Notes: a model not told the origin generated them from the sequence alone. A stretch of 64,000 nt of DNA from Lytechinus pictus (GCF_037042905.1 NC_087249.1:7752001-7816000), one strand, 5' to 3'. Positions 14,012 to 27,208 are shown, counted from the stretch's first letter. Numbers and translations: made by a program.

Positions 14012-14385
14012 TTAAAGCCCCGGCCCACCAATAAAACACTCCCTATTATCCTATGTCAGCATTAATGTAAATGTAGAAAAAAAATTAAATGAATTTATCC
14101 AGGAGATTCCATGATGAAATCAGTTATACACAAATGGGGTAAGCAACAACTAAAATCAGTCTATATCTAAATGACAATCAAAATTTTGTTTTGCTTATTC
14201 CTTGTTTGTGCTACTTGCTTTATATGTGTGTATTTAGCTGTATAGAATATACTGCTCGCTGTTAAATATCTTACACAAGAAATAGGAAATTGTTTTCTGC
14301 ATGTATGCCTAAACAAAATGAAATGCTTGCTGGAATGAGAGTCAGAATCCAATTCCCAAGACAAACATAATTGACACAAATCATT

Positions 14386-14638
14386 CACTGTTAAAAAATG
14401 CTGTTTGAAATTTTAAGCACATTGTTTATTAAAGACTTCAAGCACTCTGTTAGCTGGTCACTCTAACAACAAGCTGTTTTAACTTTTAATTATTGTTTAA
14501 ACTTGTTTGAAACTGTTTCAACTTTATATAAACAACTAATCTAAAATGTCAAACAACTTGTTTAAAGGTTTAAACGACATTTCTGAGAATGACAGGCTTA
14601 AACAACTTGCCTGAAATATTAAACAGCATTTTTTAGTG
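14386..14638. mobile_element. Palindromic MITE
   Basis: CACTGTTAAAAAATGCTGTTT ... AAACAGCATTTTTTAGTG. Confidence 0.65.
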
Positions 14639-15099
14639 TTGGATACGGTACCTGGCTGCATATAAGAGCAATTTTATTCGTAAACTTGAAGAAAATATTC
14701 ACAGCCGTGTTAAGCAATATTCTTCAGCTTCACCACATCCTCGGCATGCGGTCGGAACCTGAAGGACCGCACTTGTCAATTCACCTATGTTTCAGGTTAC
14801 ACCGGCACTGTCATTAGGTGACCACTCAAGGTTTAAATTAACATTTGAGGTAACCGACAAACTTGAGACATCAAGCGAGAGTCGAACGCTCTTGAGTCTG
14901 CAAGGGCTAAAGTGTGATCAGGAGTAGTGTATGGTAGACCAAGGAAAATATTGATTAAGCATCAAGAGGGGGTAGTCTAGAGCAAAAGTCAGTACTTGTA
15001 GTAGGTAGATGTCTTCAAGATGTATTAATGTTTTTGCAAGTTCATTTCTGTTATTGTTGTTCCTATCATTATCACCATCATCACATAATCACATTCTTA

Positions 15100-15313
15100 C
15101 GCTCTCTCTCTTCTCTCATTCTCCTTCCCTTCCATCACTTTATCCTCCTTCTCCTCCTTCTACCTCTTCCTCCTCTTCATCTACGCTTTCCCACTCCTCC
15201 TCCTCTTCATCTTCTCCTCCTTCTCCTTCTACTCTTCAAACTTATTCTCCTTTCCCTCCTTTTCTTTATCATCCTTCTACTCTTCTCCTTCTTCCTCCTC
15301 CTCCTCCTCCTCT

Positions 15314-15345
<32 letters not shown>

Positions 15346-15580
15346 TTCTTCTTCTTCTTCTTCTTCTTCTTCTTCTTCTTCTTCTTCTTCTTCTTCTTCT
15401 TCTTCTTCTTCTTCTTCTTCTTCTTCTTCTTCTTCTTCTTCTTCTTCTTCTTCTTCTTCTTCTTCTTCTTCTTCTTCTTCTTCTTCTTCTTCTTCTTCTT
15501 CTTCTTCTTCTTCTTCTTCTTCTTCTTCTTCTTCTTCTTCTTCTCCTCCTCCTTCTTCTTCTTCTCCTTTTCCTTCTTAC
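15100..15580. repeat. Polypyrimidine tract with a pure (TTC)n core of about 73 units at ~15323-15543
   Basis: Read directly; it explains the poly-Leu and poly-Phe ORFs. Confidence 0.97.
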
Positions 15581-15784
15581 TTTAGCTCATCACATACTTA
15601 AATTTTCGTGGAAGAGTCCCCGGTATATTCTAAGCTTAAGACAGTATGTTCATATCAAGAGAAGATAGCAAAAGCATACTCCACTTATAAAAAGTGTTAA
15701 AAATTCAAAACTAGTTTTGGAAGTTTCATAATTAGAAACAATTGAATTCTTAAAAACCCAGATTTGTTTAGTAATCATATCATA

Positions 15785-16112
15785 CACAATATAAATGCTG
15801 TTAAAAAATGTTCATACAAAGCTGTTTACTATATGAGTCTACAGTAGTTCTTTTTAAAAACAGTCTAAACAAGGGTTTAAAAATCTCTTTAAACAGTCTA
15901 AACAAGGGTTTAAAAATCTCTTTAAACAGTCTAAACAAGGGTTTAAAAATCTCTTTAAACAGTCTAAACAAGGGTTTAAAATCTCAAAGTTTAAATTTTG
16001 ATAATTAATTTTCAATAAAATGAAACATGGTTGTTTAAACTGTTAAAGAACTATTTTAGGTTTCATATAGTAAACAGAGTTGTAGAGAATTCTAAATTGC
16101 ATTTTTACTGTG
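15785..16112. mobile_element. TA-flanked MITE with an internal 33-bp tandem repeat (~3.8 copies, 15858-15985)
   Basis: TA|CACAATATAAATGC ... GCATTTTTACTGTG|TA; unit AAACAGTCTAAACAAGGGTTTAAAAATCTCTTT. Confidence 0.75.
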
Positions 16113-17976
16113 TAGGATTCCTTCCTACATTTAGCGGTGAACGCTAATCTAGATTGATCAAGGGTTATTGGCATATGGTGCACCACGCAGTACACCCGAG
16201 TACTACGTTGCGCAGCGCCATCCTCTGTTCATCCGAGGAGAACTGTGCAATTCTGAACAAACACTGCTGGTACTAGTATAGTTATGTACATTATGCAAAC
16301 AACATGTACGGGGGACCGTATATAAATTCACATTCCATGTGCGCACTTAGTTGTCATATGCAGTGCCGCGCAATTATCACCCTTTCACAATATAGTATTT
16401 TGAACATTAATAACGCACACACAGAAACAATTTTCACTTTTGGTTAAGGTACAGATACAGCCCTCAAAAGAAAAGAAAATATCAATGAAATGGTGGATTT
16501 TAATGTGGTACCCTATTGTACGAAAATGGTGCCTCATATTGCAGTGAACTGCTATCATGAGATCTAGGCACTGCACTACGAAGTATTCCACCTCAACCAA
16601 AATATTTCACCCTTTAACCCTAAAAGCTCATAAGAAGTACACCAACTTCCTTCTACCTTCAATATTTTTTAATATAAGCAGGCAATAATAAAATTAAGCA
16701 GTTGATATCCTTCACTGTGTTTAATACAGTAGAACAGAAACCCTACCCAGACATCACATCACTTTAATACATTTTTTTTAACCACATGAATTTAAAAACC
16801 TGGATACTGCTTTTAGTAGACCCATCAGCTCAGTTGAAATCTAATCATGGTTTGTGAGATGAAATACAACCGAAAATGTCTGCTCAGTCCGCAGGTTAAA
16901 ATACACTGGGCTGTTACAAAGTTAACACCGACATCTAAAATTAATAACAGACCTCCTCTTTCCAATTAAATAGATAGATTTCAAGCTTTTTACCGGTTCA
17001 CTGTCTGGCTCCATCATTGGAAGAATAATACCACTTAAACCCCATGAAAATGCTGGTGTACTTTAGGAGTGGATACCTTCTAAAATTCACACACCACACC
17101 AACACATGACCGAGAATCCAGGGGCCACAAACACATCTCTCTCCATCGAGAGTTTGGGTTAGAAATTATCAACATGGGGGAGATGAATGTTTAATTTTGC
17201 CGACGGCCCGCTAAGAGGCTGTACAAGGGTATCCGCTATGACTGCAAAGACCTGTCTTTGTGGGTAACCAACAATACAGGAGTACCTGCAATCCCATGGA
17301 TTATTCTATAAATGATTTAACACCCCCCCCCCCTCCGATGTTCAGCCAAAATCTTAATTTGAAGTGAAGTAAAAGTAAAAACCTGTATACTTATATTTAA
17401 AAAAAAATTAAACTCACAGGTCAGCAATAAAAATGATCTTTAACTTTTTAATCCTCTTATTTACACCCTAACAGGATTTTAAGCACATGTACAAGAAATC
17501 CTTTTAACTTTTGTAAATTTATGGTATTTCAAGCACACCTATGAAAAAACAAATGAAATGCCTCACTAATGGTTTGAATATCCCTGATGATTTCAAGCCA
17601 CAGATTTAATTTTAACACCAGTACTTTCAAGGATATGATGTGCAATCATCTATTGAAAGAGGAAATTCGGAATTGGACAAAAGTCCAAGATATATTGCAA
17701 ATTCACATAACAATGCAAAATCTTTACAAAGTGGTAAATTTGTTAACTCTTGCCATTTCAATAAAACCTGTACAAATCTATATTGATTGTGATGTTTCTC
17801 ATTGAGATTAATCAATTTGATTAATCTTTGTAAAATTGAAAACAAAATGATAATTTCTAAATGGCAGAAACTTGCTTGGCTATAGATACCCATGACAATA
17901 TACTGATATTGAGATTGAGTTGTATTGAACTATCTGGAAGGGAGAATTCTGACTAGGTGTATATTTTCATATTTTT

Positions 17977-18190
17977 GGTGACACGATGTTTGCACCTGCG
18001 ACATTTGCTTCGGTCTTGATATCTCAGAGGGCATATGGTAAGAGTTAGGAGTGTAATAGACTTTTTGGATCAGAGTGATGTAAATGTTAGGATTAGGGTT
18101 CATTTAGTTTTGGAGATTAGGTTTTATGTTTGGCTTAACGTGCAGATTTTACATCGGAGCAATTGTCGCCAGAGCAACTGTCATGGAACC
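17977..18190. mobile_element. Degenerate MITE with TTAGG-like interior
   Basis: GGTGACACGATGTTTGCACCTGCGACATTTGCTTCG versus GGAGCAATTGTCGCCAGAGCAACTGTCATGGAACC (inverted similarity). Confidence 0.55.
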
Positions 18191-18347
18191 ATATTTTGAG
18201 GGGAGGGGTGTTTCACAATGTTGTTTGCAAAGTCACAAAGGACTTTATGGAGGATTTTAAGAAGAACTGAACTGAATTGCAAATCCAAAATTGGTTCTAC
18301 ACTTATTTTTAGTCACATTGGTTGTTGAGTTATAAATATCCGGTTAA

Positions 18348-18419
18348 CCCATTGCCTACTGGAACCGGGCAATTCTTGTACAAAGCCTATGGGAAATAAA
18401 GAAATCAGTAGTCAATGGG
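18348..18419. mobile_element. 72-bp piggyBac-type micro-MITE
   Basis: TTAA|CCCATTGCCTACTG ... CAGTAGTCAATGGG|TTAA (13/14 TIR match, CCC/GGG termini, TTAA duplication). Confidence 0.8.
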
Positions 18420-18846
18420 TTAAGGGAGAAATCAAACTACATTATTTTTTTCAGAGGGTGGGGGTGTTTCACGATGTTCTTCACAAAGTTACAAAGGATT
18501 TTGTGAAGGATTGAATTAGAAAGCCAAAATTGGTTTCAAACCCGTTTTATTGGTTGAAGTTTAATGTGAAAATCTTGATTTACATTCTTAAATGTAATTA
18601 TCAATATAAAGGCAAAGCATGTTATCTGTCACATTTGAATTCCATCATTTTAAATACAGTCTAATTTTTTTAATGACTAGAAAAATTATGGGATACATCG
18701 CTGTTCACCTCCTTGGCTGTAAATATTTCAGTCATTCGAAAAACTCAAAGATAGCTGTAACAGTATCAGGTGAAACACCCCTAGAGGTGGAGATGCCATC
18801 ATTTTGCAAGAGTGAGGAAAGGAATAAAATGAGGTCCAGGTCCTAC

Positions 18847-18987
18847 CTTTCTAGTTCCTGGTTCTGTCGTCTCATGTAGTGTACGGTCCTGGCCATCAGC
18901 AGGTTATCCTCCTCCAGGTTCTCATCTGGGTCTTGGTACTGGAACTGGACTGCATCAATGTCATCGTCGGTACCACCTTCATAGGGC
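18847..18987 (-). CDS. Internal coding exon (141 bp, phase 2-2) of the host gene
   Basis: Acceptor ttccatctgctag|G and donor AAAG|gtagga. It encodes (R)PYEGGTDDDIDAVQFQYQDPDENLEEDNLLMARTVHYMRRQNQELE(R), in frame with the 22311-22367 exon. Confidence 0.8.
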
Positions 18988-19072
18988 CTAGCAGATGGAA
19001 TCGATAGGTGAAAGGTCACCATGAGATGTAAAAACTTAGACAAAAGTATGATATTCCATGAGAGATAGGAGT

Positions 19073-19330
19073 ATAATAATAGTAATAGCAGCCAGATTTA
19101 TTAAGCTTTTTTGCCAGAGGATACAAAGTGCAACTATTATTACCCCCGGCTTTGGATTCAGCTACTACTTTACCAGCAGTGCTCAGTGCTTTTAAGGAAT
19201 TAATCCCACCAGGAACCCATTCACCTCACCTGGATCAATTTCTTGCTGAAGGAAATTACTCCACGGCTGGAATTGAACCCATGACCCACTGTCTCAAAGT
19301 CCAGAGACTATAATCCACTGGGCCACACAA
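19073..19330 (-). mobile_element. tRNA-derived SINE
   Basis: Minus strand GTGGCCCAGTGG, GGGTTCAATTCC, shared core and (TAT)n tail. Confidence 0.75.
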
Positions 19331-19704
19331 CACTTTTTTCTGGTGGGGGTGGGGGAATGGATCCTTTTTGTTATCATTAATCAATGGGTGGTCAATCAAG
19401 AAATTGAATGGTACAATGTAGCCAACTTTCTCAAGAATCGGAACCACTGTACCATGGCATGGAAAGACTATTCCATAAATAAATAGTGTTATGACTATTA
19501 TGATCATTTTACCCCTCCTGAAAATGTAACTTTTTTGAGGTATTACGTTTTCATTGACCAAGAAGCAATACATCCTTTGATTTGAACTAGATGAAGTTTT
19601 GTATAATTCTGCAATGGGTAACATTAGCCCCAATTCATTATTGATCCACTGATGTATAGCATTTCATGATAGATATAGATTTAAAATAATAACAAAAATT
19701 ATAA

Positions 19705-20035
19705 TGAAATAATAATAATAGTTACATTTACACAGCGCATTACTTTTCTAAGCACTTAACATTGCAATTATCATTACTCCAGTCATCGAATCTTGACATG
19801 CCTGCACACCTTCTCCACTCCCTGGGCAGTATTCCAACAAGAGTTCAAAGACTCAATTGCTAGGTACACTCTATAGGCTTTCGCATCCTACCGGGTACCA
19901 ATATAACACCTGGGTGGAGAGTGGCAAAGTGTGGAATGATGCCTTGCCAAAGGAAGCTAGGCCGCGGTGGGATTCAAACGCACGACCCTCTGATTGCAAG
20001 GTGAGAGTCAGAACAGCTACACCACAACGATTCCA
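19705..20035 (-). mobile_element. tRNA-derived SINE, second subfamily
   Basis: Minus strand GTTTGAATCCC box, CTTTGGCAAGGC...CTCTCCACCCAGGTG...GGTACCCGGTAGGA core, TAT tail. Confidence 0.75.
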
Positions 20036-21540
20036 TGAAAAACCTAAACTTCTTAAAACTCCATATTTCCATTTTTCTCACACTGTCAAGCTGAAGTTCT
20101 TTTGCTTCTGTAACCTCTGGCTAGGCTTTCTAATTAATCACACTAAGTAAAGTTTCCCAAATGAACATTCTATCTGCAGGCAGTTGCATTTATAGAAACT
20201 TTTGTATCCCGCTCTCACCCGAGAAGTATTCAATAGTTCCTGTACATTCAATCAATTAATAATTAAATGCCCGGCTGTAAAAATTATAATCTAGAGGGTA
20301 CGCCATAATCATTCTAACAGCTAAATTGATTAGAAAGCACATGGAAATAATTACAACAAGCGAGGAGTTGACAAAAGCCGGGCATTAAAGCCACATTGTC
20401 AGATTGTATTGCGGTTGATGGTCCTATGGTTCAGATTTGGCTTTATTGCTGCTGTGGGGATACCTTGTACCTCTGGTTGAACTTGAATGTTTGGGGATAA
20501 AAAAAACAAAAAAAACATGGCTGATATAAATCCAAACGAATCTTCTCCTATTCTTAAAGAATTGATTTTGTTGGTTTCTTGTTTTTTTTTTTTGAAGCAA
20601 GGCTCATCACTAGACAGAAAATCCATTGCTTTGCAACAAAGCAGTTTTGATGCCGAATACAGACTTGTAGTAAAAGAGAGTCACAATTGGCCTCAAAAGC
20701 CGAAGCAGACATCAAGTTGTCACAAATATTAGAGCATTCTAAAATTTCTTTTGTAGAGTTTGATTTATCGGTGCTGTCACCCTTAAGAACCGAGGGATCA
20801 CACATACCCACGCACCAAACACGCAGCATTGACTTGGCCTTGCATTGGTTAAAAATTACCATCGGTGGAAACACATTCCCAAGTCCCGACATAAAACAAA
20901 TACACTGAAATTTGCCAGAAATATCATCGGATCTCACACCAATATCCCTTTTAAATCCAAGGCAGATACATACATTTATCTATCATCTAATCAGTTTTAG
21001 ATCAGTAATCTTTTGCTGCCATCGGTGGATGTGATCTTTAAGTCTGGAATTTTCTCCCAATCTAGACGAGAATAACAATTGCCAGTGATGCATAATGGAG
21101 GGGAAGGTGGAGAGGGAGAATGTATTGTGTAATTTCCACCAATATCCATCAGTCGGGGGGGGGGGGGGTGGGGGAATAAACACATCTTAAAATCTTAATG
21201 CATTTTTGCTCATGTACAAATGTTTGTCCAACTGTAATTGTAAATGAAGCATGCAATTATCAAATGGAAGCATGCAATTATCAAATGTAAACATTCTTAA
21301 GGTATAGTGTCATAGACAGAGAAATCCAGGAGAATTTAAAACTAAAGTGAAAGTAATTTTTTTAAAGATATATTGAGTTAATAAGTTGATGCAATATAAA
21401 AGATTTTAATACTATTACACTTGAAATAAATCTATAGCACAGGTGTATACAATCCATAACAGACAAAGTATGACACCATGACAAAAGATTTATATTATGT
21501 GAAATTTGAAAGGCCCACTAACAGTTAAAAAAAAGTTGTA

Positions 21541-21782
21541 GAGGTGTTGTGAATCAGGGGATTAGTCTCTGGACAAGGTCCGGGGTTCAAAGCCCACCAC
21601 AGCACTTGCGTCCTTTGGCAAGGTGTTAATCTACATTTGCCGCTCTCCACCCAGGTGTAGTAAATGGGTACCCGGTAGAAAAGAATTCCTTGAATGCTCA
21701 ATGTGCCCGATCAGGTTAGACATAATAAAGACAGGGTAATAATATGCAATGCTTAGAAAATTTGTATTATGCGCTATAAAAT
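21541..21782 (+). mobile_element. tRNA-derived SINE with CORE-like central domain
   Basis: GGGTTCAAAGCCC, CCTTTGGCAAGG...CTCTCCACCCAGGTGTAGTAAATGGGTACC, 3' GCGCTATAAA. Confidence 0.75.
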
Positions 21783-21784
21783 AG

Positions 21785-22210
21785 ACACCGTGCTCACTAC
21801 CGTCCTAAAACTAGTTTACTGGAAACTAGTTTCATGTGTAATGAGAACGGTCGATGTGGTCTTGGAAGCAAATTTCTAAACCAGATCAGAAAACCAACTC
21901 GCGATGTAGTTTTCAAGATCACTTTGCCTCGTTAAACTGGTTTTAGAGTGAGGACACAACCGTTCTTCTGGAAGCGATCTTCGCTGGTGACCAGCAAGTA
22001 GAGAATGCCTATGCTGCAGTTTCAAATTTCGCGCGAAACTGAGAGCAAACCCATAGCAACAAGATTGCTTCCCGTGAAGCGGCCATGAAGTGGTTTTGAA
22101 AAACCACTTTCGGGTGATCAAATGGGAACGCGAGCAAAGCGACCTTCCAAAATGGTTTCCCGAACCAGCTTCCAGTAAACTAGTTTTTATGTTTGTAATG
22201 AAAACGGTGT
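21785..22210. mobile_element. MITE (Harbinger-like)
   Basis: ACACCGTGCTCACTAC...AAAACTAGTTTACTGGAA versus TTCCAGTAAACTAGTTTT...GTAATGAAAACGGTGT. Confidence 0.75.
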
Positions 22211-22310
22211 AATAAATTATTATTTTTGAGTCCTCATTCATAGATGAACTATTAAAAACCGATGGTGCTTGGGGATGAAATGAAATGTATAACTTTATAT
22301 GATCACTTAC

Positions 22311-22367
22311 CTTTCATCTTGTACCAGATCTTCTGTGGAAGGTGAGAAATGGAATGACCCAGAGGTC
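22311..22367 (-). CDS. Internal coding exon (57 bp, phase 2-2) of the host gene
   Basis: Strong acceptor ctttttttttcag|G and donor AAG|gtaagt. It reads (L)TSGSFHFSPSTEDLVQDE(R) when joined to the phase-2 donor at 44500 and the exon at 18987. Confidence 0.8.
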
Positions 22368-23279
22368 CTGAAAAAAAAAGAAATAGAAGGAGATAACCCA
22401 AATTGTAAACGCACTAGTTAAAGTCAGCTCCCATTTCAATATTTGGTAAATAGGAAGAATAGGTGTACAACCTGGGCCACGTTTCATAAAGAGTTAAAAC
22501 TTTTGTAACTTTGCCATTATGGCAACTACCATGGTAACAGGGCTCAGCAGCCAACAATGCACCTACCATAATGGTCATCACTGGAAGTTTTGGTTATGTA
22601 TTAAATACCATGACAGGACTGGTGCTTAAGCGTGGCTCGACTCTGTGAAAAATGCCCCCGATTGGTTTGTGAATGTACCATCTACAACTGCAAACCATTT
22701 AGCAGATTGGGTCTTTGGAAGGTAAATCTTTGAATTTAAAACATGTTAGGTAATCTTTCATTCAGAATATTGAAAAAGAGAAAACAAAATTGGTAAAATT
22801 TATACAATTAAATTAGTATAAAAACAGTCACAGCACATTATAACAAACAAACAAATTCAAATTGATATTTCAATTCTGGTATTATTTAATGTAAACAAAA
22901 TGTGTCATACTTGGCCAACCAAAGGGGATACCTGGATTCATAACAAGATTTAAGTTAATAAGGGTATTCTGTATTAAAGACTGAAACAAGAACACACAAT
23001 CAGAAATGTAATTAATAAACAACCATTTCATCATTTGTTTGACTGTTTCCTGGGAAATATATAAAAACGGGTAGAAAGAAAAAAATTAGTACATATACAT
23101 TTATCTACAAAAGAAATGAAAATATACGCAAGATACATGATGATGCATATTCAATTAAATATTATGACAAATTAAGATTTTAAGCATTACATGAAAACTA
23201 GTCACAAATCACAAGTCTAGAGTGAAATAATATTCTAAGAAATGCATTATTTCTATAACAACCCTACATGTATTTGTTA

Positions 23280-24426
23280 CATTATAAATTTCAAGGATTT
23301 CAAATAAAACCAGATTGGCAGTGACAAGTATCCATCCAAATGTTGAATTGTTTTATAAACTTTTAAATCGTAAAAGATTTGAAGTTCAATAACTTTTAAA
23401 TCGTAAAAGATTGCAAGTTCAAAACTTTCAGCTTCATATATCGTCAGTGATTTTACGAACTGGCTCAAACCTCGGCTGGTCTCCAGAACATGCATGCACA
23501 TTCAAAGTTTGGATGTTTTTCAGACCCTCATAACTTCACGCTTTGAAAGAAACCAGACCAATTATTCATACCAATTTAAAGCATACACTCTATTATTTTG
23601 TAATATACAAAATTTTGTCTGCAATTCGTATTCATTCTTTCATAAATTTGAACGGAAGCGCATGCATGCATTTCCGAAGCTGCTGATTTTTACCCAAAAC
23701 AGGGGGTTTGAGCCAGTTCATAAAATCATGCGTACCATGAGCACTGTTTTTTAGCGGCACACACCATGATTTGAGCCAGTTCCTAAAATCATTAATGCCA
23801 CGCGCATGATTTTTTAGAGGCACAAACCCCGCACCAACCACATACGCGCCGCATACACGCAGCATCTAGGTTGGGTCTTTGACCTGTGAGCGCCATTCCA
23901 GAGACTTTACAGTACAAGAATGGTTTGAGCCAGTTTGTAAAATCAAAGGAGGGGGTTGAGCCGGTTCGTAAAAATTTAAATATGCCTTTATTTTGTAAAT
24001 CATACGAAATTTGATCTGAAATTTGGCAAATCAATAGAGTGAATCATGGGCTTTCAAAATATGCAAAAAAATAAATTTCGAAAATTTGACAGAAAATTAG
24101 GTTTGAGCCGGTTCGTAAAATCACTGACGATATATATACACTGTATATATATGTATATATGAAGCTGAAAGATTTGAACTCAAATTCCTTTACGATTTTA
24201 AAGTTTACCATTAAGATTGAACAAATTATTATTTTCAATTTTAAATATAATCTGATATAAACCGAATATAAAACTGAAAGATTTGAACTTAAAATCTGAA
24301 GAGATTTTAAGTTCAAATCTTTCAGTTTTATATAAAAATCCACAAGGTTTAAACCTAAATTTATTCATCGGCTTGTCACTATTTACAGCCAATCTGGTTA
24401 TATTTAAAATCCTAACAATCTAGAGT
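23280..24426. mobile_element. TA-type palindromic MITE (family of 35772-36003) split by an inserted element
   Basis: CATTATAAATTTCAAGGATTTCAAATAAAACCAGATTGGC ... GCCAATCTGGTTATATTTAAAATCC..TAGAGT. Confidence 0.65.
23442..24129. mobile_element. ~690-bp non-autonomous DNA element with ~31-bp TIR and repeated subterminal motif
   Basis: CGTCAGTGATTTTACGAACTGGCTCAAACCT / AGGTTTGAGCCGGTTCGTAAAATCACTGACG; TTGAGCC(A/G)GTT..TAAAA near 23709, 23771, 23925, 23956 and 24104. Confidence 0.8.
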
Positions 24427-24797
24427 AACATTACTTCCCCCAACAACTTCCAAGTGTGCTTCCCTGTCTGTATACATGAGGGTAGAGGCAGGGTTGCTTA
24501 ACAACATAGTGCAAAAAATATTTAACAATCTCATTGATTTTAATCATGACGTAGCCATGTGCAGATGTTTCTGTCTTCTGATCAATTGTTTTCAGGGTAG
24601 GAAAGTGACAACTTCAGAAGAGAAATTTCACGCTGTATTCCGGCACCGTCGACACAAGCATCCATATTGACTTTGTTAAATACTAACTCTGGAATTCATG
24701 ATATATTTGTAATATTAGTATGTAAGAATGAGTGCACACTTGAGATCTTAAAAAGAAATTATAATGATGAGGACTGAACATTACAATTACCACACTA

Positions 24798-25634
24798 CAG
24801 AGTGAGTCAGAAAAAATGTCCCACTTTTGTAAAGTTGAATTGTTTAAAATATGAATATTTAATCATTAGTTTCATGATATGTCTTGATAGAGGTATCCTC
24901 CTAGTACATTCAGGTACCTTTTTCATTTGATCCCCTGCACGCATGACTGAACAGCGGACAATCTTTAGAAGACTGTCAGATCCCACTTGCGCCAAGTTAC
25001 AGGGTGGGGAATAAAACACTCTTTTGAACAAAGACAGTCCGACAGACTGAAACATACACTCACACACACACACACACGCACACACACTCAGACACACAAG
25101 CACACAATTACTGCAAATGTCGGTGAATAAAAACACAAACAATTAAAAGGGAATTTTTGTATTTAAGATCAAGATCAAGATGATGACAATGAGGATGATG
25201 ATGATGATATGATGGTGGTAGTGAATGTGTTTTAAGGGGAAAGATTGTCGGGAATTGCCACTTAAACATTCAGCGATCTTGCTAAAAATCAATGCTTAAT
25301 CAGAAAAGAGAAAATTATGAACCAGTTATTACCATGTGTGTTGTGTGTGAGGGTGTGTGTGTGTGTGTGTGAGCATGCCAGTCTGTCTGTCTGACTGTCT
25401 TTGTCTAAAGCACTGTTTTATTCATCACCCAGTGACTTGGCGCAAGTGAGATCTGACAGTCTTCTAAAGATTGTCCGATGTTCAGTCATGCATGCACGGG
25501 ATCAAATGAAAATGATACCTGAATGTACTTGGAGGATACCTTTATCAAAACATATCATGAAACTAATGATTAAATATTCATATTTTAAACAATTCAACTT
25601 TACAAAAGTGGGACATTTTTTCTGACTCACTCTG
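24798..25634. mobile_element. Tc1/mariner-type foldback MITE with ~270-bp TIRs
   Basis: TA|CAGAGTGAGTCAGAAAAAATGTCCCACTTTTG ... CAAAAGTGGGACATTTTTTCTGACTCACTCTG|TA; ORF-track entries 24807- and 25401+ mirror each other. Confidence 0.9.
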
Positions 25635-25737
25635 TATAGGCAGATTTATTAGAGGATAACATTTTAATAAGAAGTGGAATAAAAAAGAGGAAGCAAAAAC
25701 AAAAGGGTACCAAAAATAGCAAGCGGACTTGAGCTGC

Positions 25738-25935
25738 CGCAACACTCGCATCCTTTGGCAAGGCGTCTGTCTACATTTGCCACTCTCCACCCAGTAGGTA
25801 CCCAGTAGGAAGAAATTCCTTGAATGCTCGAGTGTGCGATCAGGATAGCTGTGCTAAAGCCGGGGAAATAGTATGCAATGCCTCATAGAAACATTTGTAT
25901 TAAGCGCTACATAAATGTTGCATATTATTATTATT
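25738..25935 (+). mobile_element. 5'-truncated SINE
   Basis: CCTTTGGCAAGGCG...CTCTCCACCCAG...AAGCGCTACATAAAT...TATTATTATT, similar to the 21541 copy. Confidence 0.7.
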
Positions 25936-27208
25936 AATTAAATTATAATAGGACTAATGGATAACAAGGGTATGAAAACCCTTCTTGTCTACACAAAACA
26001 GAATTGGAAAGTTTTGTTTTGCCAAAATAAAATGTTTGGGAATGAAAATTAAATCTTGAACTATATTTATGAAGGCCTACATAACACAATTGATGTCTTT
26101 GTAATAAAGATGCTGTGAGACATGTAGCCATATAGATATGTACATGTGATAGAGATGTACATGTACCAAACAAAAATAAATCCTGGCATTGTGTTAAAAA
26201 CCGATGAAAGTCAAGGTGGCATTTTCATCCTTTGAAATTTGCTCCGACATAAGCCTCTGCAACATCAGAGATGTTCTAATAAGCATATATTGCATTATGT
26301 TAAATAATAATATTAAACTTTTTTCTGACTTAATTTAATATTAACATGACCGACTATCTAATATTATAGATCTGCAATGGTAAATCATAATTATAATAAT
26401 GTCAAATTTTACCCAAGGTAGCAACTTCAGTTCCGAAAAATGTTCTCCCAGCAGGCCCTGCTTAACATGATTATGTAATTGTTACCCCGGCTTTACCATG
26501 GCTACCTTGATCGGTTTCTAATGGTCTTCATTAATGATGTTACTGGGAGATCACAATGAAACCAATATTTCAATGTCAAAACTTGCACTAAATGAAAATA
26601 ACTCAAATTCATCTAGAAAAGCATAATTATAATAAAGTTATAAAAGATATAAAATGCTATTGAACATTTTCTTAAAAACCTTGATCACACTGGTAATTAT
26701 TATCTAGGAATTCCAAGCAAAATTGAAATTGAAATTCTCGTATTGAGAGGAAAATGATTACAGAAATTTTTATCTCAATGCGAAACATTACGGCTATCAA
26801 CATTATCAATGTGTACATAAAAGAAAAATGGTATTCAAAAGTATGAATAACCATAAAAATATAAGACAACTATATCTTAAATTGACAATCAAACCTAATT
26901 CTAACATAAAATTTAAGACATTTGTTACTCCCAATATCTATTCATTACGCATACTCACATGCACTGCAAAACTAACGATGCAATATCTCACAATCAAACC
27001 AAGCATACAACAGCATTCAGATTCAACACACAAATGACCCAGCAACTCCCAGTGAGTAGACTGGTATAAAATATTGCTAAAAATACCCCATGAAAAGCAA
27101 ATTTACTCATTTCGGAAAAGCAAAGAATATTCCCTTTGAGCGGTATTTCAAGACCCTAGGTTGCTTAGAAACACCCTGGAGTTACACACTACTTGATATG
27201 TAGCTCCC

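Noticed and set aside
15009..15668. 219-aa and 185-aa poly-Leu/poly-Phe ORFs
   Set aside because: They are products of the (TTC)n microsatellite.
15858..15985. 33-bp repeats as a CRISPR-like array
   Set aside because: Units are head to tail with no unique spacers, in a eukaryotic context.
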